From a virus (Duplodnaviria > Caudoviricetes), in IMG/VR virus record IMGVR_UViG_3300037400_001903, positions 1 to 64,000 of that record: a DNA stretch of 64,000 bases; one strand, written 5' to 3'. The number at the start of each line of letters is the position of its first letter. Within the stretch, counting starts at the first letter, position 1. The translations under genes were made by a program, and so were the position numbers. Below, one piece after another: positions 52,189-60,588 of the stretch. Below the pieces are notes generated by a model, which saw only the letters and a program-made list of their open reading frames with translations, did not search any database and was not told the DNA's origin.

Positions 52189-54154
52189 TTGATTCCTCTT
52201 TCTTTTTGTACTCTTCTATATCTACACCTTTTCCTAATGGTCCTATCTCTACATCTACAACGATAGGAAAATCAGGTTCTTTAGTTATGATTTGTTGTGC
52301 TAATTTAGGATGCTCCATTATAGATTTAATTCTTTTAATGTAATCATAGAAGTGCTCATTCTTACGCACTAATCCTATTATAGAATCATGAACTGTAGCT
52401 CCTATCCTAATGTTTCCTTTAAGTATAGGGTCACTCATTACTTCTACTAGACCACTGATAACATAATCAGAACCTGCTGATTGTACTGGGAAATTTATTG
52501 CAGGTCTAACCCAGTCTTCTTTAGTCCAAGGTATTGCTAGTATGTCTTGATGTATTACATACTCTCTTCTCATTATAGAAGTTATTGTTCCGTTCTCATC
52601 CAAGCAGCTTCTTACCCAATCATAATAATCATTTAGTTCAGGATAAAGTTCAAAGAAATGGTAACGGATTTTTATAGCTTCATCTAATGAAACATCTACT
52701 CCGTAAGATACCTTTGCATATTCTACGAATGATTTGGCTTGCATGCCATACAAGAATCCAAAGTTGGCTGCTTTGGCCTGTGTTCTTTCAGCCTTAGTTA
52801 TTTGGTCAACTGGTTTACCAGTAACAATAGATGCCATTTTATAGTGTAGGTCTTCACCTATACGATAAGAATCTTTTATGTTCTTAACATTAGCTACAAG
52901 GCCTGCGAATCTAAGCTCTAGCTGAGAGTAATCTAAGCATACCATTTCCCATTCATCACTGTTAGTTTGAAATAAACTCTTCAAATCTTTATTTCTAGGG
53001 ATTTGTTGTAGGTTTACATCAGAAGATGATGTTCTTCCAGTAACAGTACCATCCAAATAGAATGTTGAATGTAAGTAATACTTACCATCCTTATGCAATA
53101 AAGCTTCTGTTTGCCATGACTCAAAGAATTCTAATGCTTTCTTATACATTCTATATTCTAATATTAAATTTATTATAGGATGTTTATCTCTTATATTTAT
53201 TAACACGTCACTTCCAGTTGATGGGTTACCTTTTTTAGTGTAACCTGTTATTGGTAGTTCTAGTGTTTCGTATAAAATTTTAGTTAAAGCATCAGCTGAA
53301 TTTATATTTATAACTTCAGATAGTTTAGGTATGTATGTATGCTCATAATAATATTTAGAGCCACGTTTAAATGGGTACTTTGATTTTAATATCTCATTGT
53401 TTAGATGAGAAATCTCGTAGCTTTCTTCAGGCGTACAATATATTTTTTCTGTAATAGGTTCTATTTTACAATCAAGAGAATCTAATATTTTATTTATCTC
53501 TGCTAATAGTTCAGCTTGTTTCATAGCATACTTGCTTTTAGTTTCTTCAAGCTTTTCCATATTGATTGGTAAACCATTACATTCAATATATTTGTAAGCA
53601 TTTATACCCTTTAATATTAGTTTATATGTTGTTAATTTATTCTTAGGAAAATTCTTTTTATACCATTGGTATAATTGATAACAGTATTTAACATCACAGA
53701 ATAAATATGGTGCTACAACATCTTTGTCATGAGATGTTTTGTCTTTCAATCCTACATCCCAGTCTTCAACACCAAGTATTCTTTGAGCAGCTTTCTTTAA
53801 TGTTGTCCAGCCTTTATATGCTGGGTCATAATACTTGTTGCCTTGTCTACTTTTCTTAAGCTCATCCACTGTAGAGTTAAGATAAGTTAATACTTGTGTA
53901 TCATGTGACACTTCGATGTCTAGCCCATAGCTATATAGAAGTCTAGCTGTATCAAACTTACCATTATGTAATACAAACTTAGCATTTTTAGATTGAAGCC
54001 ATGTAATGAAGCGAATCATTTCATCAGCTTCTTCAGGCAGTTTGTATATTTTATATAGTTCTTTTCCTTTTTTATTAACTGTATATAAGCCTACGAAATT
54101 TATGTTAGTGTTGAGACTCAGATTGTCTGTCTCTATGTCCAGCGAGATAAGCAT
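52181..54154 (-). CDS. polA: Family A DNA polymerase with 3'-5' exonuclease
   Basis: LDIET, HNGKFD, TGRTSS...NLQQIP, motif A DYSQLELR, motif B KAANFGFLYG, motif C VHDS. Confidence 0.96.
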   Translation of the reverse strand: MLISLDIETDNLSLNTNINFVGLYTVNKKGKELYKIYKLPEEADEMIRFITWLQSKNAKFVLHNGKFDTARLLYSYGLDIEVSHDTQVLTYLNSTVDELKKSRQGNKYYDPAYKGWTTLKKAAQRILGVEDWDVGLKDKTSHDKDVVAPYLFCDVKYCYQLYQWYKKNFPKNKLTTYKLILKGINAYKYIECNGLPINMEKLEETKSKYAMKQAELLAEINKILDSLDCKIEPITEKIYCTPEESYEISHLNNEILKSKYPFKRGSKYYYEHTYIPKLSEVININSADALTKILYETLELPITGYTKKGNPSTGSDVLINIRDKHPIINLILEYRMYKKALEFFESWQTEALLHKDGKYYLHSTFYLDGTVTGRTSSSDVNLQQIPRNKDLKSLFQTNSDEWEMVCLDYSQLELRFAGLVANVKNIKDSYRIGEDLHYKMASIVTGKPVDQITKAERTQAKAANFGFLYGMQAKSFVEYAKVSYGVDVSLDEAIKIRYHFFELYPELNDYYDWVRSCLDENGTITSIMRREYVIHQDILAIPWTKEDWVRPAINFPVQSAGSDYVISGLVEVMSDPILKGNIRIGATVHDSIIGLVRKNEHFYDYIKRIKSIMEHPKLAQQIITKEPDFPIVVDVEIGPLGKGVDIEEYKKKEESNE

Positions 54155-54350
54155 TTATAACATCCTCCGTAGGCAATTCTAATAACTTTGATAAAGCTTC
54201 TAATGTTTGAACACCTGGATTAGCTATTTCAAAATTTAATAGTTTATATACATGTGTTCTACTCATTGGTAAGTTTTGATAGTTCTTATCAACAAAGTTA
54301 TTGATTGTTCCAAATTTAGTTTTAATTGTTTCTACTATTATATTAGACAT
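54105..54350 (-). CDS. Small Cro/XRE-like HTH protein
   Basis: MSRTHVYKLLNFEIANPGVQTLEALSKLL. Confidence 0.65.
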   Translation of the reverse strand: MSNIIVETIKTKFGTINNFVDKNYQNLPMSRTHVYKLLNFEIANPGVQTLEALSKLLELPTEDVINAYLAGHRDRQSESQH

Positions 54351-54361
54351 TTTATTTCTCC

Positions 54362-55891
54362 TTATTCATCTAGATAATTTTGAAATACCTTGTCTGTAAA
54401 GCTCTTCTTTCTTTTTAATGTTTGATATATACGTTCTTCTACAGTATCTTCACATAGTAAGTAGTAATAGTAACAATCTTTTAATTGGCCTATTCTTCTT
54501 ATACGTGATTTGCATTGATGAAATACTATATAAGATTCTGGTAATGAATAAAAAATAATATTGTTTGTGTTTGTTAAGTCTAGTCCTGCGTTACCACTAC
54601 GACATTGAATGACTAGATATATTTCATGGTAATACTTAAACCTTTCTATAAGAATAGTTGATTTCTTAGTATTACATTTACCATTAACTACTACATATTT
54701 TTTTCCTTCGTCTTTAAGCACTTGCTCTATCTGATTTAAAGAAGAAGTAAATTCATAATATATGATAGCTTTAGGTAAAGTTTGAATAAGCTCTCTGAAC
54801 TTATCAATCTTAGGTGAGGTTACTTCTAAATAACCTTTTGTATATTTATCATCCTGAGTTGTAAGAATTCCTGTACAGATTTCTCTAAGTCTAATTCTAA
54901 GTACTCCTTTATTGTCTGCTACACAATAAGTTCCACACTTAGAATCTTCAACAACTCGGTCTTTCTTAAGAGTATCGTACCACTCTGTTGGGTGTGGACA
55001 CTTTACTATTATATTATTTTCTTTAGTTAAGTCAACCACATCCTCAGTCTTTTTTCCCCAAGTGTAACAGTTTATTATAGCTGTTAACTCCTCAGAAAAT
55101 TCTGGTTTCTCTTTATTTGGTTGAAAGTAATCATTAAATTCAAAGTATCTTTCTAGTGTATGTGTTTTTCCTGGCATCACTCTTATATCTAGGATAGCTA
55201 GCTGAGCTAGAATATCATGCCTAGATTTGTCTTGTGGTGTTCCAGTGAATAAATACACATACTCACAATTCTCTGCGATTTTACGGCAGTTTTCATTGAT
55301 ATTACTAGAGTAGTTCTTAGTTCTATGAGACTCATCTAGTATAAGAGCTTGATATTTTTTGCTAGTATATTTATTTAAGCTCTCGTAATTGGTTACTTCG
55401 TAAGTATTTCCAGGTATATATTTATCAAGTTCAGCTTTATACTGTCCAATAACTTTTTGAGGTGTTACAATCAAACAGCTCTCAGGTCTCTTACTTAATA
55501 GCCAAGTGATTGCTATAAGTGTTTTACCTGTTCCAGTTCCTAAGAAAAATCCATACTTGTTGTACTGCATCATTTTATGTACTGCTACATCCTGATGTTC
55601 TTTTAATGTTATACCTTCAGGTATTACAAGCTTACATTTTTCTCTTCGTTGTTCTTCTATAGGCGGATTTTGTTTGAAAGTTCTTATCTCCTCATAAAGT
55701 TCTTGAGATATATCTACATCACCTCTTCTTATTATAGGTAGTATATCTCTTCTAAAGTATTGCTTAGTTATTGCATTTAAAAGAAAGAATGATATTGGTT
55801 CACCTCTAGCGTTGTAGCTATGTGTTAGCCAACCATAATCTTTAAAATCTTGCAAATAAATAAACCCATTTAATTTATAGATTTTTTTCAT
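54362..55891 (-). CDS. SNF2-like SF2 helicase
   Basis: LGTGTGKT, LILDESH, TGTP, SGNAGLDL, QCKSRIRRIGQ. Confidence 0.9.
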   Translation of the reverse strand: MKKIYKLNGFIYLQDFKDYGWLTHSYNARGEPISFFLLNAITKQYFRRDILPIIRRGDVDISQELYEEIRTFKQNPPIEEQRREKCKLVIPEGITLKEHQDVAVHKMMQYNKYGFFLGTGTGKTLIAITWLLSKRPESCLIVTPQKVIGQYKAELDKYIPGNTYEVTNYESLNKYTSKKYQALILDESHRTKNYSSNINENCRKIAENCEYVYLFTGTPQDKSRHDILAQLAILDIRVMPGKTHTLERYFEFNDYFQPNKEKPEFSEELTAIINCYTWGKKTEDVVDLTKENNIIVKCPHPTEWYDTLKKDRVVEDSKCGTYCVADNKGVLRIRLREICTGILTTQDDKYTKGYLEVTSPKIDKFRELIQTLPKAIIYYEFTSSLNQIEQVLKDEGKKYVVVNGKCNTKKSTILIERFKYYHEIYLVIQCRSGNAGLDLTNTNNIIFYSLPESYIVFHQCKSRIRRIGQLKDCYYYYLLCEDTVEERIYQTLKRKKSFTDKVFQNYLDE

Positions 55892-56306
55892 TATAATACC
55901 TCTTTACTATATCAGATTCTTCCTGTGTAAGTTGTTCATCTGTTGATACTAAATCATTATAGTCATGTAAATTCAATGTTATTATTGCCTCAATCATTAC
56001 TTTCTTTTTAAATATAATCTCAAGTGCCTTCTCATTTTCTTGTGCTTTTAAGATGTAATCTCTGATTATGTCTATTTTTATTAAATCAAATTCAGAACAA
56101 AAGGATTTGTTTTCTTCTAGTTCTTTTAAATATTCTAGTGCTTCATTAGGTTTTGTACCCTCTATGAAGTCTAAGCGTTCTAATGCATCATCCACTAATT
56201 TACAATCATCTTCAAAGCATAAGCAATCATAAGGGCTATCATTATCATATTCAGTATGTAGAGCAATTCTGTTAAAGGCTTCTATATATTCATTACTCAT
56301 AACCAA
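55875..56306 (-). CDS. Hypothetical protein, 143 aa
   Basis: Similar to 26627..27106. Confidence 0.65.
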   Translation of the reverse strand: MVMSNEYIEAFNRIALHTEYDNDSPYDCLCFEDDCKLVDDALERLDFIEGTKPNEALEYLKELEENKSFCSEFDLIKIDIIRDYILKAQENEKALEIIFKKKVMIEAIITLNLHDYNDLVSTDEQLTQEESDIVKRYYNEKNL

Positions 56307-56772
56307 ATACCTCAGCTATTTCACCCATACATCCTGCACTATCAAGCTCAATATTATTCATATATTTTGTAACAATCTTAGATATAGCATCTAGTTTAGC
56401 TGCATTTTCTGCAAGACGTATAATAGGTTCATTCTCTACTTTTAAATAAAGTTCTAATAATTCTATAGCTTCTTTAATTTCTTTGTAAAATTTTAAAGCT
56501 TCACGTGTTTCATTTAGTTTTATTAAAACACGTGGACTCTTTTCCTCTAAGTTTTCTAATATAGATAGTGTATCAAGATTTCTATCTATCATTTCATTAA
56601 GATATTTTTTTGTTTCTTCACTAATTATTATTTTATTAGTTCTAATTTTATTGTGTAACATAATATATTTTCCTTTCTCAAATTTAAACTCCATTAACTT
56701 TTGTTGCTTAAGAGTTGGTTGTAAAGAGTATTCAAGTCCTTGAATCTCATGAGGTATGTTTTTATCATCCAT
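56293..56772 (-). CDS. Hypothetical protein, ~159 aa
   Basis: SD AGGAGG before ATG 56772. Confidence 0.7.
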   Translation of the reverse strand: MDDKNIPHEIQGLEYSLQPTLKQQKLMEFKFEKGKYIMLHNKIRTNKIIISEETKKYLNEMIDRNLDTLSILENLEEKSPRVLIKLNETREALKFYKEIKEAIELLELYLKVENEPIIRLAENAAKLDAISKIVTKYMNNIELDSAGCMGEIAEVFGYE

Positions 56773-56795
56773 CTTTTTCCTCCTGTTCACTATTG

Positions 56796-56824
56796 ATTAT
56801 ACACTATAGTTTATATGATGTCAA
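56796..56824 (-). promoter_or_regulatory. Consensus sigmaA promoter of the replication operon
   Basis: TTGACA-17-TATAAT. Confidence 0.88.
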
Positions 56825-56825
56825 C

Positions 56826-56857
56826 AAAAAAGAGCTAATAATTTAGCCCTTTCTTTT
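56826..56857 (-). terminator. Intrinsic terminator abutting the -35 box
   Basis: AAAGGGCTAA-ATTA-TTAGCTCTTTTTT on the - strand. Confidence 0.7.
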
Positions 56858-57037
56858 TTAATCTTTAAATGTCATATAATATTTGAATGCTTTTCCTTTA
56901 GGAGCATCTTTATCTTCTAAGAATTTCTTAGCAAGTCTAACATAAGATGATGTATCATTAGTTACTGCTCCATAGTAATCTGAATAAATCATATTCATTA
57001 CATAGTTCCAATCATACTCATTGAAGTATTCAAACAT
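56858..57037 (-). CDS. 59-aa ORF, possibly the C-terminal remnant of a longer conserved phage protein
   Basis: MFEYFNEYDWNYVMNMIYSDYYG...LAKKFLEDKDAPKGKAFKYY; the frame stays open upstream (EQTTSVAKANGI) to a stop with no start codon. Confidence 0.55.
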   Translation of the reverse strand: MFEYFNEYDWNYVMNMIYSDYYGAVTNDTSSYVRLAKKFLEDKDAPKGKAFKYYMTFKD

Positions 57038-57214
57038 TATGCCATTTGCTTTTGCAACAGATGTTGTTTGCTCTACTATGCCTAGGATAAATATTGACGA
57101 GTTGCTTTAATGTTTTATCTAGTTCAGTTTCAAAGTCTTCTTTTAATTCTGCTGCACGGATATTTTCATCATGTGTTTTAATTATCTCTGATTTAGTTAG
57201 TTTGTTTCTCCCCA
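57030..57214 (-). CDS. Hypothetical protein, ~61 aa
   Basis: SD GGAG before ATG 57214; overlaps the radical SAM stop. Confidence 0.45.
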
Positions 57215-58167
57215 TGGACTCCTCCTTGTTTGTTATAATTTTTTGTAAATTCTTCATAATCCTTAAAGACACTCATTGCACCACATAAAGAACAACCTTT
57301 ATGACAGTAGCTTGGATATTTATTTAATCTAAAAGCTTCTAATGGTTCAGCATTTTTACATCCCTTCATACCATCAACAAATCCTATATGATAATCATAA
57401 TCAACTCTAAAGTAATCATAATCAAGAGTGCATAAGTATCCTCTTAACGGGATTGTTTTATAGTCTCCATATTTTTTTACTAATCCTCTTAATGATTTAC
57501 AATATTCAGTATGGTCATCATAAGATATTTTATATTCGTCTTTTTTGTTTTCACTGGTCTCCACAATTAGCCCAGAAATATCGGTTTCGTTACAATCAGC
57601 GTCTATAAGATATATTATATTATTTTCTTCACATCGTTTTATAAGTTCATTAACTTGCTCTAGATTATTTCTTGTTGAAACCATCTCGACTTTAAATAAA
57701 AAATGGTCATTAAAATTTAATTTTTTTATCTTTTCAAAAAAATTATCTAGAGTTGTGAACTCATAATGGAACGAAGCTACTATTGATAATTCTATATTAT
57801 GCTTAGTGCATACATCTATTAAATCGTTGTAATATTCTGCTGACTTACTAAGATTACTTATAAAAGATATACGCTTTAAATTGTTTGGGATTTCGTTATA
57901 TAATCTTTCTATTATATCTTCCAGATTAAATAACGAAACCTCACCACCAATTAATTCTATTTTTGTATCAACATTTTTCTCCCTTATTATTTTGGCAAGT
58001 TTTGGTATTGTGTTGATAACTGTTTGCTCGTCTCTTTTATAATTTTCAATATTGTCTCTTTTGTTTTTTCTCAAACAATATGAGCAGTTATAATTACAAC
58101 AGTTTGTTATTCTCCATTTAACAGTTAATGGAAATTCATTAAGATTTACTATACTGTTAAAATCCAT
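57193..58167 (-). CDS. Radical SAM protein (copy 2) with C-terminal Cys cluster
   Basis: CNYNCSYC, LIGGEVS, ASFH, C-terminal C..LDY...C...CHKGCSLC. Confidence 0.92.
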   Translation of the reverse strand: MDFNSIVNLNEFPLTVKWRITNCCNYNCSYCLRKNKRDNIENYKRDEQTVINTIPKLAKIIREKNVDTKIELIGGEVSLFNLEDIIERLYNEIPNNLKRISFISNLSKSAEYYNDLIDVCTKHNIELSIVASFHYEFTTLDNFFEKIKKLNFNDHFLFKVEMVSTRNNLEQVNELIKRCEENNIIYLIDADCNETDISGLIVETSENKKDEYKISYDDHTEYCKSLRGLVKKYGDYKTIPLRGYLCTLDYDYFRVDYDYHIGFVDGMKGCKNAEPLEAFRLNKYPSYCHKGCSLCGAMSVFKDYEEFTKNYNKQGGVHGEKQTN

Positions 58168-58175
58168 AAATTCTC

Positions 58176-59132
58176 CTATATTATTTCGTTTATATCTTTA
58201 CTTAAACTTATTTGGCCACATAAAGTGCATTCCTTATGTAGGCATTTCTTAGGCTTATCGATTGGATGAAAGTCCTTTATGTTATGGAACTCCTTGCATT
58301 CATCTAAACAGCCTCTACCTTGGTGTTCATTAACCTCGATATAAACGTAATTATAATCTCTAGTGCAATAATAATCAAGTGAATGAAAACTCATTTTTGT
58401 ATAATTGTATGAAGAGGTTATAAACTCATTTCTTGTCATAAATAATTTTTTAGAACCATCTTCATAAGTTATCTTGTATCTTGGCTTTTTAGTTGAACTA
58501 CTTTGAGCAATTAATTTATCTCTAATTTCAATAGGAGCTGTTAGGTCTCTTTCAATAAAATAAGAATAACCATTCTTCTCACATATTTCTATTAGTTTTT
58601 TAATATCATCTTGATTATTGACTCTAGATACACATTCTATTCTTATACCTTTTTGATTTGTAGGTGATTTAATCTTAGAGAACTTTTCGATAAAGTCCTC
58701 TAAAGATACAAATTCACTATGCCAACTACAAGTAATGCCTATCTCGGAATTATACTGATAACATAACTCGGTTAAGTCATTGTAGTATTCAGAAGACTGT
58801 GACATATTAGTTGTGATATTAATTCGTTTTAATTTATCACCACATTGTTTGTATAATGTCTCAAGTAATAAGTGTAGGTTCATTAACGAAACCTCACCAC
58901 CAATTAAATCTAATTTAACATTACCAGGTAACTCGTTGATTATTCTTGCTATCTCTGGTAATGTTTCGTAGATTATATTAAAGTCTAACTTGATTGGTTC
59001 ATCCCTAAACATTAAACAAGTGTATATCTTTCTAACACAATATGAACAATTATAATTACAGCAATCTGTTAATCTCCATTTGATTGTTGACTTACACATA
59101 CCATTTCGACTTATTATCGTTTTTATATCCAT
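58176..59132 (-). CDS. Radical SAM protein (copy 1) with C-terminal Cys cluster
   Basis: CNYNCSYC, LIGGEVS, CSWH, C-terminal CTRDY...C...CLHKECTLC. Confidence 0.92.
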   Translation of the reverse strand: MDIKTIISRNGMCKSTIKWRLTDCCNYNCSYCVRKIYTCLMFRDEPIKLDFNIIYETLPEIARIINELPGNVKLDLIGGEVSLMNLHLLLETLYKQCGDKLKRINITTNMSQSSEYYNDLTELCYQYNSEIGITCSWHSEFVSLEDFIEKFSKIKSPTNQKGIRIECVSRVNNQDDIKKLIEICEKNGYSYFIERDLTAPIEIRDKLIAQSSSTKKPRYKITYEDGSKKLFMTRNEFITSSYNYTKMSFHSLDYYCTRDYNYVYIEVNEHQGRGCLDECKEFHNIKDFHPIDKPKKCLHKECTLCGQISLSKDINEII

Positions 59133-59145
59133 AAATACTCCTTAA

Positions 59146-60576
59146 TTAAAATGTTTTTACATAACTATAACTTGAACCTCTGCCGGTATAATACCAAGTT
59201 ATTTGACTTACGGTATCACTTGACTTATTAATATTCATAGTAATACTATCACTAATACTATTAGGACTGACTGTCACATTAATGTCACTTACTTTATCAC
59301 CCTTACTTACTATTTGTGTTATTGTTATACTATATGGGCTGTCGTTTTTAAAGTATACTTTTCTAGTCCAAATACTAGTGCTCGAATAATGGTCTACGTA
59401 TATATTAGGATTATTATCAAATGAGGCTGTTACAGAAACAGATACATTTCCAGTAACAGTGTAACTTGATGTATAACTATCCATTTTATAATAACTGTCT
59501 GCACTTGCTGATACAGTTAATGTATCTCCATAATAAATTGTTGCACCGTTTGAGACTGGACCAGTTATGTTTCCATTTGGCGATGAACCTCTATATACGT
59601 TGACCGAAGATACACCAGTTCCTTTTGATACTGACAATTTATATGATTTAACCGTTCTTTGAACTTTCCATTCTTTTGGTGACTCACTACCGTCACCAAA
59701 TGTAACCGTTCCTTCGCCTGAATAATTAAAGCCAGTTTGTTTACTATAAATTGTTAACTTAACTACATCATCATATCCTGAATAAACAAGTTGGTCAGCA
59801 TTATAAGGAAGTTCTAGTGTTTTATTGTTTGCTGATGTATTTTTTAATATAAGTTTGCCTTCGGAACTAGTTAAATATGAATTAATATAAGCACATTGAG
59901 AGTCAACTGATGAAGCAGTAAAACTATAATCTCCTGTTATAGTTTTATTTGAACAATATACATATCTATAGCCTGTTCCAGAACCTATCCAGTTTGATAA
60001 AGTTGTTGAGTCTGTTGCACCACTATAACTTGTTATAATTCTATCATCTGCTTGAAAACCTTGGTTTTCGCAAGTGGAAGAGTGATAGTTATAAATCAAT
60101 CTTGAATAGTATGTAAAGTTTATTTTTAAAGAGCCTGAGAAATTGATAGTTCCAAACTGATTATTTCCACTTATAGATTTATAATTTCCACCATAAAATT
60201 GAACATTTCCGTTTGTATGAGTGTTACCGTCATTATAAGTGAATGTATAATATTTAATAGGCGTTACAGTATAAGACTTATTTTCAGTTGCGGTTCCTGT
60301 ATAAGTTATAACTTTAGGCTTACTATTTCCATCTACTTCAACATAAGTTGTTGTTGATGATGGTATTTCTTCAGGCAATAAATAATAACCGTTATCAGCA
60401 GTAATAGTAATAGTAAATGTAGAACCATTATCATACTCACCAGCCCCAGTTACTGTAGCGTTAGTAGCCGTAACACTAATCGTTACACCACCTTTCCAGA
60501 TAGTTGTTCCATTTACACTAATTTGTTTTACTTCACCTTCAGGTATTTGTATAGATTTAACTTGTGAAAAATTCAT
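59146..60576 (-). CDS. S/T-rich beta-sandwich repeat protein (InlB-B/Ig-like), probable receptor-binding or tail-associated protein
   Basis: VTGAGEYDNGSTFTITITADNGYY and YKLSVSKGTGV...GATIYYGDTLTVSASA repeats. Confidence 0.55.
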   Translation of the reverse strand: MNFSQVKSIQIPEGEVKQISVNGTTIWKGGVTISVTATNATVTGAGEYDNGSTFTITITADNGYYLLPEEIPSSTTTYVEVDGNSKPKVITYTGTATENKSYTVTPIKYYTFTYNDGNTHTNGNVQFYGGNYKSISGNNQFGTINFSGSLKINFTYYSRLIYNYHSSTCENQGFQADDRIITSYSGATDSTTLSNWIGSGTGYRYVYCSNKTITGDYSFTASSVDSQCAYINSYLTSSEGKLILKNTSANNKTLELPYNADQLVYSGYDDVVKLTIYSKQTGFNYSGEGTVTFGDGSESPKEWKVQRTVKSYKLSVSKGTGVSSVNVYRGSSPNGNITGPVSNGATIYYGDTLTVSASADSYYKMDSYTSSYTVTGNVSVSVTASFDNNPNIYVDHYSSTSIWTRKVYFKNDSPYSITITQIVSKGDKVSDINVTVSPNSISDSITMNINKSSDTVSQITWYYTGRGSSYSYVKTF

Positions 60577-60588
60577 ATAATCAACTCC

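Noticed and set aside
52700-52780. PolA motif B residue as a sign of special nucleotide use
   Set aside because: KAANFG has the ordinary Phe; nothing unusual.
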